Source: Planctomycetes bacterium UBA1146
GTDB taxonomy: Bacteria; Planctomycetota; UBA8108; UBA1146
Length of the DNA: 64,000 nucleotides
Reading direction: 5' to 3'
Assembly: GCA_002311345.1 (NCBI GenBank)
Contig: DCAA01000006.1
Span: 14,532-78,531, forward strand
The notes beneath the pieces were generated by a model. That model worked only from the letters and a program-made list of their open reading frames with translations, was not told the origin of the DNA and ran no database searches. Every line of letters begins with the position of its first letter. Within the stretch, counting starts at the first letter, position 1. The translations under genes were made by a program, and so were the position numbers. This document shows, one piece after another, positions 27,830 through 36,925 of the stretch.

Positions 27830-27839
27830 CGGTGCCTTT

Positions 27840-28982
27840 CTAGAAGGGGGCGAACAGGATGCTGAAGAAGGCTGTGACCGGTTCCTGTTCGCGAAGATCC
27901 TCGGTGGAGTCGCGCAGCAGGGTCAGGGTTTCTCGGGCATCCTGATACAACTGCTTGTCGGTGATGAGGCTGTACAAGGTACCAGGACCGGTTTCGATGG
28001 ACGAACTGATACTGGCGATGGATGAGACGGCATTATCCAGCTTCGTGGCGAGTTCCTTGTCGTGGAGAATGCGACTGAGTGATCCGGTGCCGGATTCTGT
28101 CAGTTGTTCGGAGGCGGCTCTCCAATTGGCCACGGTATCTCTCCAGGTCTCTTTGAAGGTCGCATCGTTGAGAATCATGCCGGCGAGACCATCGGTACCG
28201 GTCAGTTTCTCCGTGATCTTGTCGATCCTGTCGACAGCAGTCTCCACTTTTTCACGAGCAACTTGGTCCTTGAACAGCCAGCCTATCGTGCCCTTTCCGT
28301 CGTTGAACTCCTTCATCGCCAGATCGATTCGGCCCAGTACCGACTTGAACTGTTTGTGCTGATCCGAATCTTCCAGGAACAATGATCCCAGGATTCCATT
28401 TCCCTTGGAGAGATTGGTGGTGAGCATTTCCATATTTCTGACCGTGGTCAGGAAATTTTCCTTTGCCTCTGGGTCCTTCAGGAGACCGCCGAAGATGCCC
28501 TCTCCGGAGTCGAGTGCGGTCAGCAAACTATCGAGTGAAGCCAGGCCGTGCTCGATCCGCTCTCGATTTTCCCCCAGGATCTTGCCCACCATGCCCAGTA
28601 TGTCTCCTTCGGATTTCCCCCTCAGATTATCGATGGGGACCAGATCCCCTGTCCCCGGATCGTAGTGGAGGTAGGAACCACCCAGGGCACTTGCGGGCTT
28701 GACCAGGAAGGTGTGATCTTCTCGTGGACTGAGATCGCTGCTCAATTTGATACGCACGAGGGCGCGTCCACGATCCTGTTGCAGTTCGATCTTGTCGACG
28801 GCACCTGCCCTGAGGCCCCGGACCCGTACCGGATCACCGGGTCCCAGTCCTCCCACGTTCTCGAATCCGATCTCGAGTATCAGATCGGATCCGGTCGGGA
28901 ACTGTCGCAAGTAAAAGGTGAGTGCCCCGACCAGCGCCAGTGAGGCCAGAAAAATGACTCCGACGATGAAATCTCTTGTCAT
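27840..28982 (-). CDS. mlaD: MlaD/MCE-domain protein with long repetitive helical extension
   Basis: N-terminal TM, MCE domain (FENVGGLGPGDPVRVRGLRAGAVDKI...ALGGSYLHYDPG), six ~34-35-aa GxGxxGxLxxD repeats. Confidence 0.9.
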   Translation of the reverse strand: MTRDFIVGVIFLASLALVGALTFYLRQFPTGSDLILEIGFENVGGLGPGDPVRVRGLRAGAVDKIELQQDRGRALVRIKLSSDLSPREDHTFLVKPASALGGSYLHYDPGTGDLVPIDNLRGKSEGDILGMVGKILGENRERIEHGLASLDSLLTALDSGEGIFGGLLKDPEAKENFLTTVRNMEMLTTNLSKGNGILGSLFLEDSDQHKQFKSVLGRIDLAMKEFNDGKGTIGWLFKDQVAREKVETAVDRIDKITEKLTGTDGLAGMILNDATFKETWRDTVANWRAASEQLTESGTGSLSRILHDKELATKLDNAVSSIASISSSIETGPGTLYSLITDKQLYQDARETLTLLRDSTEDLREQEPVTAFFSILFAPF

Positions 28983-29776
28983 GATAGACCGCTCTCTTCC
29001 TTGTCTGGCTGGTCGGGCTCGAGTTGCTCGCTCGTCTCGCGGCCCAGTGGGCCTTCGACCAGTCCGTGAATGAATTGCTGTACTGCTGGATCGCTGGATT
29101 CCTGGATCTCATGTGAATTGCCGAGAGCGATCACCTTGCCTGCATGGAGCAAGGCGATGCGGTCGGCGACTTCGAAGGCGGAACGCATGTCGTGGGTCAC
29201 CACCACCTGTGTGATCCCCGTTCCGTGAAGTTTCTGGATGAGGCCATTGATGATGCTCGATGAGATCGGGTCGAGACCTGAAGTGGGTTCGTCGTGGAGC
29301 AAGATCTCCGGATGGCCGATGAGGGCACGGGCCAGTCCAGCGCGTTTTCTCATGCCACCCGAGATCTCGGAGGGCATTTTGTCACCATGCCCGTCCAGTT
29401 CGATTTCCGACAGGACCTCCTCGACTCGCTCCTGGATCTCCTTTTCCTTCATGGAGTGACGCTCACGAAGAGGAAGTCCGACGTTGTCAGCGATGGAGAG
29501 CCAGTTGAGCAGGGCCCCGTCCTGGAACAGATAACCGATCCTGCTGCGAATCTCGAGCAGAGCCGCCTGATGGCGAGCCGAGATCTCCTGGCCCAGTACC
29601 TCCACCCGGCCTTGATCGGCGGTCATCAGACCGACGATGTGTCTCAGGGTGACGCTCTTTCCGGTGCCGGAGCGTCCCAGGATGACCAGTGTTTCTCCCT
29701 GCTTTACCTCCAGGTCGAGTCCATCGAGGATCGTTCTACCACCGAGTTTCTTGTGGACATTTTCGAGGCGGATCAT
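28979..29776 (-). CDS. mlaF: MlaF-type ABC transporter ATPase
   Basis: Start moved to ATG 29776 (MIRLENVHK; ATGA overlap). GRSGTGKS, LFQDGAL, ISGGMRKRAGLARAL, DEPTSGLDPI, VVTHD, DPAVQQFI. Confidence 0.92.
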   Translation of the reverse strand: MIRLENVHKKLGGRTILDGLDLEVKQGETLVILGRSGTGKSVTLRHIVGLMTADQGRVEVLGQEISARHQAALLEIRSRIGYLFQDGALLNWLSIADNVGLPLRERHSMKEKEIQERVEEVLSEIELDGHGDKMPSEISGGMRKRAGLARALIGHPEILLHDEPTSGLDPISSSIINGLIQKLHGTGITQVVVTHDMRSAFEVADRIALLHAGKVIALGNSHEIQESSDPAVQQFIHGLVEGPLGRETSEQLEPDQPDKEESGLS

Positions 29777-30585
29777 GACAGAAAACTCCAGGAGATGTAG
29801 TAGCCCAGGATGATGACGAGAAGGAATGAGACGACCACTGATCTTCGAGCGGCCTGACCGACACCCGTGGCTCCGCCTCGGGTGAGGAGACCCTGAGTAC
29901 AACCAACGGTGGCGATGGTGATGCCGAACACGACCGACTTGAGCATCCCGGTGAACACATCCCGAAATTCCAGGCTCTCGAGTGCATCGGTGCGATATGC
30001 CAGCCACCCGACATCGAACTGGGAATTGGCGACCAGGCTACCTCCGAGGATTCCGATGAATGCCGCGAAGATGGTCATCACCGGAGTCACGAGAGTGAGA
30101 GCCACCATGCGTGGCAGCACCAGAAAGCGAATGGGGGGGATCGACATGATGCGAAGTGCGTCGATCTCCTCGGAGATCTTCATCGTGCCAATTTCTGCTG
30201 CGATTCCACTGCCGAGACTTGCGGTGAGGATGAGAGCGGTCATGAAGGGACCCATCTCGCGTATCATCGAGACGGCAACGATCGGCCCGATGAGACTTTC
30301 CTGCCCCAGCTCCTCCAGCGAATTACCGCCATTGAGCGCCAGGATCATACCGGTGAAGAGGGCGACCACGGAGGTGACGAGAAAAGACCCGATGCAGTAG
30401 CTGTAGCACAGATCGAGACTGTCACGGATCCGTCGGCGACTGAACAAGAAGGGCGTGTTCAACATCGTCCGGACGAGGAGGACCAGACCAAATCCGGTGG
30501 AATCAGCGCTACGCCGAAGGAAAGACAAGAGGGGAGCGATGTAGCGACCGATGAACACTCCCAGTTTCTCGACCAAACTTCTCAT
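29773..30585 (-). CDS. mlaE: MlaE-type ABC transporter permease
   Basis: REMGPFMTALILTASLGSGIAAEIGTMKISEEIDALRIMSIPPIRFLVLPR, GGATGVGQAARRSVV. Start placed at ATG 30585. Confidence 0.93.
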   Translation of the reverse strand: MRSLVEKLGVFIGRYIAPLLSFLRRSADSTGFGLVLLVRTMLNTPFLFSRRRIRDSLDLCYSYCIGSFLVTSVVALFTGMILALNGGNSLEELGQESLIGPIVAVSMIREMGPFMTALILTASLGSGIAAEIGTMKISEEIDALRIMSIPPIRFLVLPRMVALTLVTPVMTIFAAFIGILGGSLVANSQFDVGWLAYRTDALESLEFRDVFTGMLKSVVFGITIATVGCTQGLLTRGGATGVGQAARRSVVVSFLLVIILGYYISWSFLS

Positions 30586-30673
30586 CCTGCTCCATCCCCG
30601 CGGCCGTGGTCGGCCGTTCCCCAGTTGCAAGATCTGCGATCAACTTACCTCCGCGAGACGGGAGGTGATCTCC

Positions 30674-31987
30674 TCAGAGAGAAATGTACAGGAGACGCCA
30701 GCGAGAGTCATCCTGTCGGACGCCTCTCTCTCGTGAGAGAAGTCCACCCAGGACCGAGAAACCACCTTGTTCGGTGCCGCTTTCGGCGGTCAAGAGCCCC
30801 CAGAGAAGTTCCAGACCCCAGTAGTCTTGCTCCTGGCGCCATCGAAGGATTTGCCAGGCGCGCGAATGAGACCAGGAGATCCCGTCCTGGTCATCGAAGG
30901 GGAGGATCGCCGGGGCAGATCCTGTCTTGCGTCCACTGGCATCGGTCTCCCATCGTGCCAGCGGCCACAGCAGATAATTCGATCTCTTGCCTCGCTCGGG
31001 ATCCTCATCGGTGATGCTGCGCCAGATAGGAAAGAGACGCCGTACTTCTCGGCGCCGACCCGCCGCCTGCTGATCTTCCCACTGCCAGATGGGCCACAGG
31101 AAGAAGCCACTGCTGAGACCGGGTCGCTCATGTCTTCCCCAGATGGGGTAGAACTCGAGACGAGTCCATTCCCCCTTCCGTTTCCCGATGGTCCAGGGCA
31201 GCAGTGACCAACTCGATGTCTCGCTCCGAGAATCATGTTCTTCGGTCCATAGCGGGTAGAGGATCGTTCTTGCGATTCGAGATTTCGATTCGATCTTGCC
31301 ATAGAAGGGCCACAGCCACCTGGAGATGGTTGGATTGTCCGTATCGAGTTGAGTTCTCGTTTGGTGCCAGAAGGGCCACAGGATGTAGGTGGATTCGTCA
31401 CGCAATTTTCCATCGCTGGTGAAACCCCGACTGCGGGAATAAAAGGGAAAGACGCGCAGTCCCTGACGAAGAGGACCTTCCTCGATTTCGACGAAAGGAA
31501 ACAGCCAGTAGGTGGAGACCTGGTCTCTGTCGCGCAGTCGTGCCCACAGTGGGAACAGGACGAAGTCGATCCGATCCTTTCCCAGGATCCCCTTGATGGT
31601 TCCACCGAGCGGGGCAAATGCGAAGTAGTTCCCTTCTTCATCGTCGAATCCCCACAGGAAAAAGGGCAGCAAGAAGCCATCGATATCCTCGCTCCCATCG
31701 GTATGGGTGTAGGCCATCCGGTGGTAGAGGGGGATGAACCAGGTCTCCCGGACCCGCTCCTCGATTCGGTCGCGAAAGAAGGGGTAGAGCACCCGAATTT
31801 CTTCGCTATCGGGCGTCTTGCTATGAGAGAAGAAGGGCCAGAAGTGTTCCGATTCCCGCACGATTCCGCCAGCAAGTTGTTCGCTGCGTTCGATGTAAAA
31901 GGGAGGAAGCCCCCGATCGGCATCGACTGGGGTTACGCATCCTGAGACCAGGGTGCTGCAAAAGATGGTCGCCAGCAAGATCCTCAT
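30674..31987 (-). CDS. Lipoprotein built of ~17 aromatic-Pro repeats, unknown function, 437 aa
   Basis: Start ATG 31987 (ATGA overlap with the upstream stop). Lipobox LVSG-C. Repeats HFWPFF, VLYPFF, WFIPLY, FLLPFF, VLFPLW, WLFPFV, RVFPFY, ILWPFW, WLWPFY, ILYPLW, EFYPIW, FLWPIW, RLFPIW, LLWPLA and others. Confidence 0.8.
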   Translation of the reverse strand: MRILLATIFCSTLVSGCVTPVDADRGLPPFYIERSEQLAGGIVRESEHFWPFFSHSKTPDSEEIRVLYPFFRDRIEERVRETWFIPLYHRMAYTHTDGSEDIDGFLLPFFLWGFDDEEGNYFAFAPLGGTIKGILGKDRIDFVLFPLWARLRDRDQVSTYWLFPFVEIEEGPLRQGLRVFPFYSRSRGFTSDGKLRDESTYILWPFWHQTRTQLDTDNPTISRWLWPFYGKIESKSRIARTILYPLWTEEHDSRSETSSWSLLPWTIGKRKGEWTRLEFYPIWGRHERPGLSSGFFLWPIWQWEDQQAAGRRREVRRLFPIWRSITDEDPERGKRSNYLLWPLARWETDASGRKTGSAPAILPFDDQDGISWSHSRAWQILRWRQEQDYWGLELLWGLLTAESGTEQGGFSVLGGLLSRERGVRQDDSRWRLLYISL

Positions 31988-34900
31988 CGGTCCAACCGGA
32001 CGGGTAGCATCAGATCGGGGCAGCATCCTTCCCAGATCCGGTCGAGATCCCTGTGCAGAACCATCCCCGGAGTGAGAGCGAGATACTTGGTCGCGCCGCT
32101 GCCTGTATCATCGTCGGTGACGGCGATGCCGATTCTCATACGCATACCTGGCCAGGGTACGAAATCATCTTCACCTCTCTGTTCAGCGATGCCCTTCCAT
32201 GGGATTGTCATCTCGTAAACTGCTCCCGTTCCATCGGCTTTGCGAACCACGATGTGTTCCCCTTCTGGTCCATCTTCATCCTCATCCCTGAAGGGGGGAG
32301 GATCTTCTCCTGACTCATCTGTTTCTCCCTCCTCGGGAACCGGCTGAGGCCGCGGAGGTACGAAGGCCAGGGTCAACACCTGATCATCGCTACGTGGCCG
32401 AACCCCTCCATCGCCTTTCGTATCGAGTACAAGGATCAGGCAATCACCGATCCACCTCTTTGCGTCTCGGTCGTGGCTGGTGGTGTTATCGTCATCGATG
32501 TCCACGGCAATATGCAGCCCTTCTTCAGACCAGCCGAGGAAAACTCGACCGGAGAGGTCTGCCCGGTCTTGCCAGGGGATCCGTGGTTCGCCCGGCCCCT
32601 GTAGCCCCCGGATGAAGCGTGGCCTCTCGAGCGGAATGCCACGGGTAGCATTCCACGGCTCATCCAGTGATCCGTCGATGATGGGTGCGACCTGCATCCT
32701 GGCAATCTGGTGATCCTTTCGTGCCTCCAGGGCTTGTTGTCGCGCTGCTCCTTCGAGCATCCAACTGGCTGTGGCTCGCTGCAGCGGATCCATGTTCAGA
32801 TCGAGGATCGTACGCTCGATCAAGTCGATGGCCTTGTGCGACTCCTGCAAGTCGAGCAATCGAACGGCCTCATCTTTCCAGTTGGTTGACTCTTGCAGGG
32901 ATTTCCACGCCGTGATCTCTCGCTTACGTGCCGTGACAGAACGGAAACCTGCTGCACCACGGGATGAAACGGTGAAAAGCGTATCGCCGACCACTGATGC
33001 ATGGTGGAGCCGGCCGAGCGGTTTGATGTGGTCCGTCACTTCCTGGATTCCCTGGCGTGAGGTGAGCGGGGTACCGGTCGATCGATCGAGTATGGTCACC
33101 TCGCCCCGAAGTCGATCGGCCACCACGACCCAGTCTCCACGAGGCTGGAGATTCACCGAGTCATAGGCAGGAGCCAGTTGGTGCGTCCACTCCAGTTCCG
33201 CTTCCGGGATCGCCAGTAGAGACAGCCCGAGTGTCGATCTCAGTTTCAGTATGGTCCTCTTCTGGAAATCGCCGCACACCAGCAGTAGTTCATCTGCATC
33301 GATCTGGAGTGCCGTGATTCGACGACGTTCTTCGGAGAGGTGGCGTTGCCAGCCTACCTTTCCCGTCTTCATGTCGAGTCCGAGCAGGGTGGGTCGATCC
33401 GCCCTCCAGTACAACTCGCATACCAGTTGATCTTCCGAGGGTGAGGGGTGCATTTGCGAGATGATGTGGGGCAGGTCCGTGGTCCACAGGGTCTCTCCGT
33501 CATCGGAGTATCGACTCACGTTACCGCCTTCGAGCGCCACGATGAATCCCCCCGGAACCAACACAGGAGTCGAAGCGAGAGAAGCTGCTGCCTCCTCCAG
33601 TTTCAGCTGCTGGAGAATCTCACCATCCTCCATCGAGCGCAGTTCGACCATGTCAGGGATTGCATACCCGATGAGCAGTCGTTCATCCCGGATCACCGGG
33701 TCATCGAGCAGAGCACCCCTTCGAGGTTGCGTCCACAGTCTCTGGCCGCTTCTGGCATCGAAGGCGATGATGCGTTGATCTTCGGTGACGGTGATCAGGG
33801 TCCCTGCACCCGCACACGATTGCGCGATACGAATCTCCTGATCCGGAAGATCATCATCGGATCGGATCCGGTGACTCCAGGCAACAACGCCATCCTCGAG
33901 TTGCAATCTCCAGATCTTGGTTCGATCGTGGAAGATCAGACCTGTGTCATCGATGTGAACAGGTGCAGAAGGAAGATCTCTGCGTGAAAGGATGATGCTT
34001 CCTCTGATCTCGATCGGGTCTCGATTCAGATCAGTTCTCCACAACAGAACACCGTCGCGTGAGTCCAACAGTTGCGCAGATGAGCTGGTGAGGATCAACA
34101 CACGCGAGTCATCCTCGAAATGCTCGTTGCCAGAGAGGGGCCAGATCTCACTGGAGCGAGTCTGACCCAGTTCCAGTCTGCCACTCCAGGCACGATGAAG
34201 TGGAAGGCCCGGGTGGTTTCTGCGGACTTCAGGCAGTTTCGTGATTTCGTTGCGCAATTGCTGAAGTCGTTCCCCGAGGGTGACCGTTCGCTCGATTCCA
34301 TCGATGATCCGGGTCATGGGACGGTCTCCATCGGATCTATTCAGTTGTTCGATCTGATCGATGGCTTGTCTCAGGCGTCCCTGTTCACGCAGAACTTCAC
34401 ATCGCCTCAGTTTTCCGATCACGGCCTCGTCGCTATCCGGCTCACGAACGATCAACAGGTCGATCTGGTGGAGGCAGCGGTCCAGATCCCCGATGCGGTA
34501 ATAGGCTTCGGCAGCTTCCAGTCGCGCATTTCTTCCGGTAGCGCAGCCAGGTCGCATCAGAGCCAGAGTTTGCCAGCGAGCAGGTGAAGGAAAGTCTGCC
34601 AGTTCTCTGGCCTCAGCGACAGCGCGGACCTCACGCTGGGCAACTCTCTGCGGGCCCCCGGCGGCTCGATCCAGTTCTAGTAACAGGTGAGTGAAGGCGG
34701 CCTCTGCTGGCACCCAACTGTTGTTTCGAGATTCGACCAGTGTAGTCGCGAGTAGACGGGGCGATTCATCCAGCATCCTTGTGCAGATCAGGGTGGCACA
34801 GCCCAGTGCTCCGGCACGCAGCGAATGAACCGCACGCTGCCAGCCAGATGCGATTCGATCTGGCGGGTGCGATTCGGCACCGATGAGAGCGGATTCCAGC

Positions 34901-36864
34901 AAGAACCTCTCGGTCTCGGGGAGCACCAGATCGGAGCGTTCCAGTCGAAGCTCCACGGTCCGGCGTAGAGCTTCCTGCTGGGGCGAGTCGCCGGACAGGT
35001 CCAGCGACTGTCGTGGATAGTGTCCCGTTAACACGCTGGTCCAGAGATCGTGTTTCGCCGTCTCGGAAGGCACCAGGATTCGCACATCGACGCCTGATCT
35101 GGTCAGTATTGCCCCGTCGAGAGGCTGCATCTCACGTGAGCTAGCTCCGATCCCCTGGACCGATTGAAGCACCCCCTCCGGGCTGTACGAAATAATCGCG
35201 TCGCCCGAGCTGACCCACCAGCCGCCCCCTGCAGCAGCGATCACGTCTGCGATCTCTCCAGAAAGCGGTGCGGGCAGTGCACTTCGCCACAGGAATCGCG
35301 GTGAATCATCGCTACCACAACTCCAGCAAACTAGTTCTGATCCCTCGATCACCACCAGAGAATCTCCCGTCGAAGAGAGGCACCATCGACGCGCAGAGCG
35401 AGTGGGGATGGTTTCCAGGATCTGGCCATTGCGCGCATCGAGGATGGAGATTCCCGGGGCTCCGGGGGGCAAGGCGAAGAGCCGGAAACCGCTTCTACGC
35501 AGCAACTGGCCACTGGCAGGGTTTTGCATCAAGTGGTTGCGAAGGCCAAAACTGCTCGGACTGTTCAGATCCTGCATCCACTCCACCGCGCCATCCGAGG
35601 TGCGCAGGCTGATGACGGTTCCACGACCGCTCGACCAGTGGATTCGACCGGTTCCGGCCACCGGAGTTGCCGGCGAGGACCGCAGTGCCAGCCACGTGGA
35701 ACCGGTCGTTTCTCCCAGATGGCGAACCCAAAGGACTCTACCCCGCTCGTCGATGTGACTCGCGAAAGCCTCGACACGATCCCCCTCACTCGCGACCGCC
35801 ACGACAACGATGCCGCCCGGAACCTTACACGGGGAAGAAAGGGCCCGGATCGCTTGAGGCGTCTCTTCGGGTCCGAGGATGGCGTCGAGATCGACCTGCC
35901 ACAGTTGCTGACCGGTAGATCCATCGAGTGCCTCGATGCGGTCGGTGAGGCTCGCGATGATCATCGATCCACGTCGAACCGGACGAAGGATGGTTCGAGG
36001 AAGTGGATTCCTGTGCTGCTGGGGGAGAACCCGTCTCCAGATCTCCTCGGCGCTGGCGAGATCTATCGCACGGATCTCACCAGGAAACTGGATCCACACC
36101 CGTGAATCATCGGAGACAGCTCCGACACGCCCCTGGGCGAATTGCCACGGGGCCTCGAATCGATCAGATTCGCCGAGGCCAGCCTCGCAGTCGATGGGAA
36201 TCAGCACCTCGTCTTCATCGATGGGGGGGCCGACGGCTGTGGTTGCCATGGAAGACGATTCGACACCGGGATTCTCGATCCAGCGCAGTTCGACGGATCG
36301 TTGCCAGCTGTGGAGATCACCGCGTTCGAGTGCAGATTCTGCCAGAGACCTGGCCAGAGGCGCAGGAATTACTCCGATCGGAAGGTCCATCAGCAAGCAG
36401 GTACGTCGACGATCCGCACCAGCATCAAGACCCGGCACAGGAGTTTCAGGGATGCGAGGCAAGGTGCGCAAACGGATCTCGTCGATCACTCGATCCCGAA
36501 GCGGCACCTTCAGTTGTGCGACCGTTCCCCGCAGATAGACACCGGCACCGACATGGAGTCCTCCTCCCACCGGAGTACTCCCGCCCGGATCCCCGTCGAC
36601 GAGTCGTTCGGCGAGGGCCGCCAGGGAATCGAGGATTTGTGCCTCGACCCCGGTTTCCAGGCTCTCCTCGATGCGCCGCACCAGAGGAGTGAGTTCGTTG
36701 CTACTGGCCGGGATCCACACCGGATCGGCCGCCCACACCGGTGTGATGGTCAGAGTCATCGATGCGCAAACCAGCAGTGCGCAGAGTAGCCTCACGGAGA
36801 TGCCGCGAGGCAGCAGCGAGAAGATGCTGCGAAGGTGTCGCGAGTTCGGGTCTGACGGTCTCAT
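31984..36864 (-). CDS. Giant secreted protein: PQQ/BamB-like beta-propeller, TPR, second propeller, C-terminal CBM9/DOMON-like domain, ~1626 aa
   Basis: ATG 36864 after AGGAGG; signal peptide ending PVWA. Trp-docking blades ALDGSTGQQLWQV, LRTSDGAVEW, AFDARSGQRLWTQ, LDMKTGKVGWQR. TPR ARLEAAEAYYRIGDLDRC. C-terminal APIIDGSLDEPW...LGWSEEGLHIAVDIDDD...YEMTIPW...IGIAVTDDD. Confidence 0.8.
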   Translation of the reverse strand: MRPSDPNSRHLRSIFSLLPRGISVRLLCALLVCASMTLTITPVWAADPVWIPASSNELTPLVRRIEESLETGVEAQILDSLAALAERLVDGDPGGSTPVGGGLHVGAGVYLRGTVAQLKVPLRDRVIDEIRLRTLPRIPETPVPGLDAGADRRRTCLLMDLPIGVIPAPLARSLAESALERGDLHSWQRSVELRWIENPGVESSSMATTAVGPPIDEDEVLIPIDCEAGLGESDRFEAPWQFAQGRVGAVSDDSRVWIQFPGEIRAIDLASAEEIWRRVLPQQHRNPLPRTILRPVRRGSMIIASLTDRIEALDGSTGQQLWQVDLDAILGPEETPQAIRALSSPCKVPGGIVVVAVASEGDRVEAFASHIDERGRVLWVRHLGETTGSTWLALRSSPATPVAGTGRIHWSSGRGTVISLRTSDGAVEWMQDLNSPSSFGLRNHLMQNPASGQLLRRSGFRLFALPPGAPGISILDARNGQILETIPTRSARRWCLSSTGDSLVVIEGSELVCWSCGSDDSPRFLWRSALPAPLSGEIADVIAAAGGGWWVSSGDAIISYSPEGVLQSVQGIGASSREMQPLDGAILTRSGVDVRILVPSETAKHDLWTSVLTGHYPRQSLDLSGDSPQQEALRRTVELRLERSDLVLPETERFLLESALIGAESHPPDRIASGWQRAVHSLRAGALGCATLICTRMLDESPRLLATTLVESRNNSWVPAEAAFTHLLLELDRAAGGPQRVAQREVRAVAEARELADFPSPARWQTLALMRPGCATGRNARLEAAEAYYRIGDLDRCLHQIDLLIVREPDSDEAVIGKLRRCEVLREQGRLRQAIDQIEQLNRSDGDRPMTRIIDGIERTVTLGERLQQLRNEITKLPEVRRNHPGLPLHRAWSGRLELGQTRSSEIWPLSGNEHFEDDSRVLILTSSSAQLLDSRDGVLLWRTDLNRDPIEIRGSIILSRRDLPSAPVHIDDTGLIFHDRTKIWRLQLEDGVVAWSHRIRSDDDLPDQEIRIAQSCAGAGTLITVTEDQRIIAFDARSGQRLWTQPRRGALLDDPVIRDERLLIGYAIPDMVELRSMEDGEILQQLKLEEAAASLASTPVLVPGGFIVALEGGNVSRYSDDGETLWTTDLPHIISQMHPSPSEDQLVCELYWRADRPTLLGLDMKTGKVGWQRHLSEERRRITALQIDADELLLVCGDFQKRTILKLRSTLGLSLLAIPEAELEWTHQLAPAYDSVNLQPRGDWVVVADRLRGEVTILDRSTGTPLTSRQGIQEVTDHIKPLGRLHHASVVGDTLFTVSSRGAAGFRSVTARKREITAWKSLQESTNWKDEAVRLLDLQESHKAIDLIERTILDLNMDPLQRATASWMLEGAARQQALEARKDHQIARMQVAPIIDGSLDEPWNATRGIPLERPRFIRGLQGPGEPRIPWQDRADLSGRVFLGWSEEGLHIAVDIDDDNTTSHDRDAKRWIGDCLILVLDTKGDGGVRPRSDDQVLTLAFVPPRPQPVPEEGETDESGEDPPPFRDEDEDGPEGEHIVVRKADGTGAVYEMTIPWKGIAEQRGEDDFVPWPGMRMRIGIAVTDDDTGSGATKYLALTPGMVLHRDLDRIWEGCCPDLMLPVRLDR

Positions 36865-36925
36865 CAGAAGGCCTCCTGGAGTTTCTCCGGGGTCCCTCTG
36901 CTTGTAAGAGATGTGTCCCTCTGGC

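Noticed and set aside
30790..31923. 377-aa same-strand alternative-frame ORF nested in the repeat lipoprotein
   Set aside because: The product is Ser/Gly/Pro/Cys-rich and low complexity, as expected from frameshifted Trp/Phe/Pro codons. It has no RBS or domain, so an overprinted gene is unsupported.
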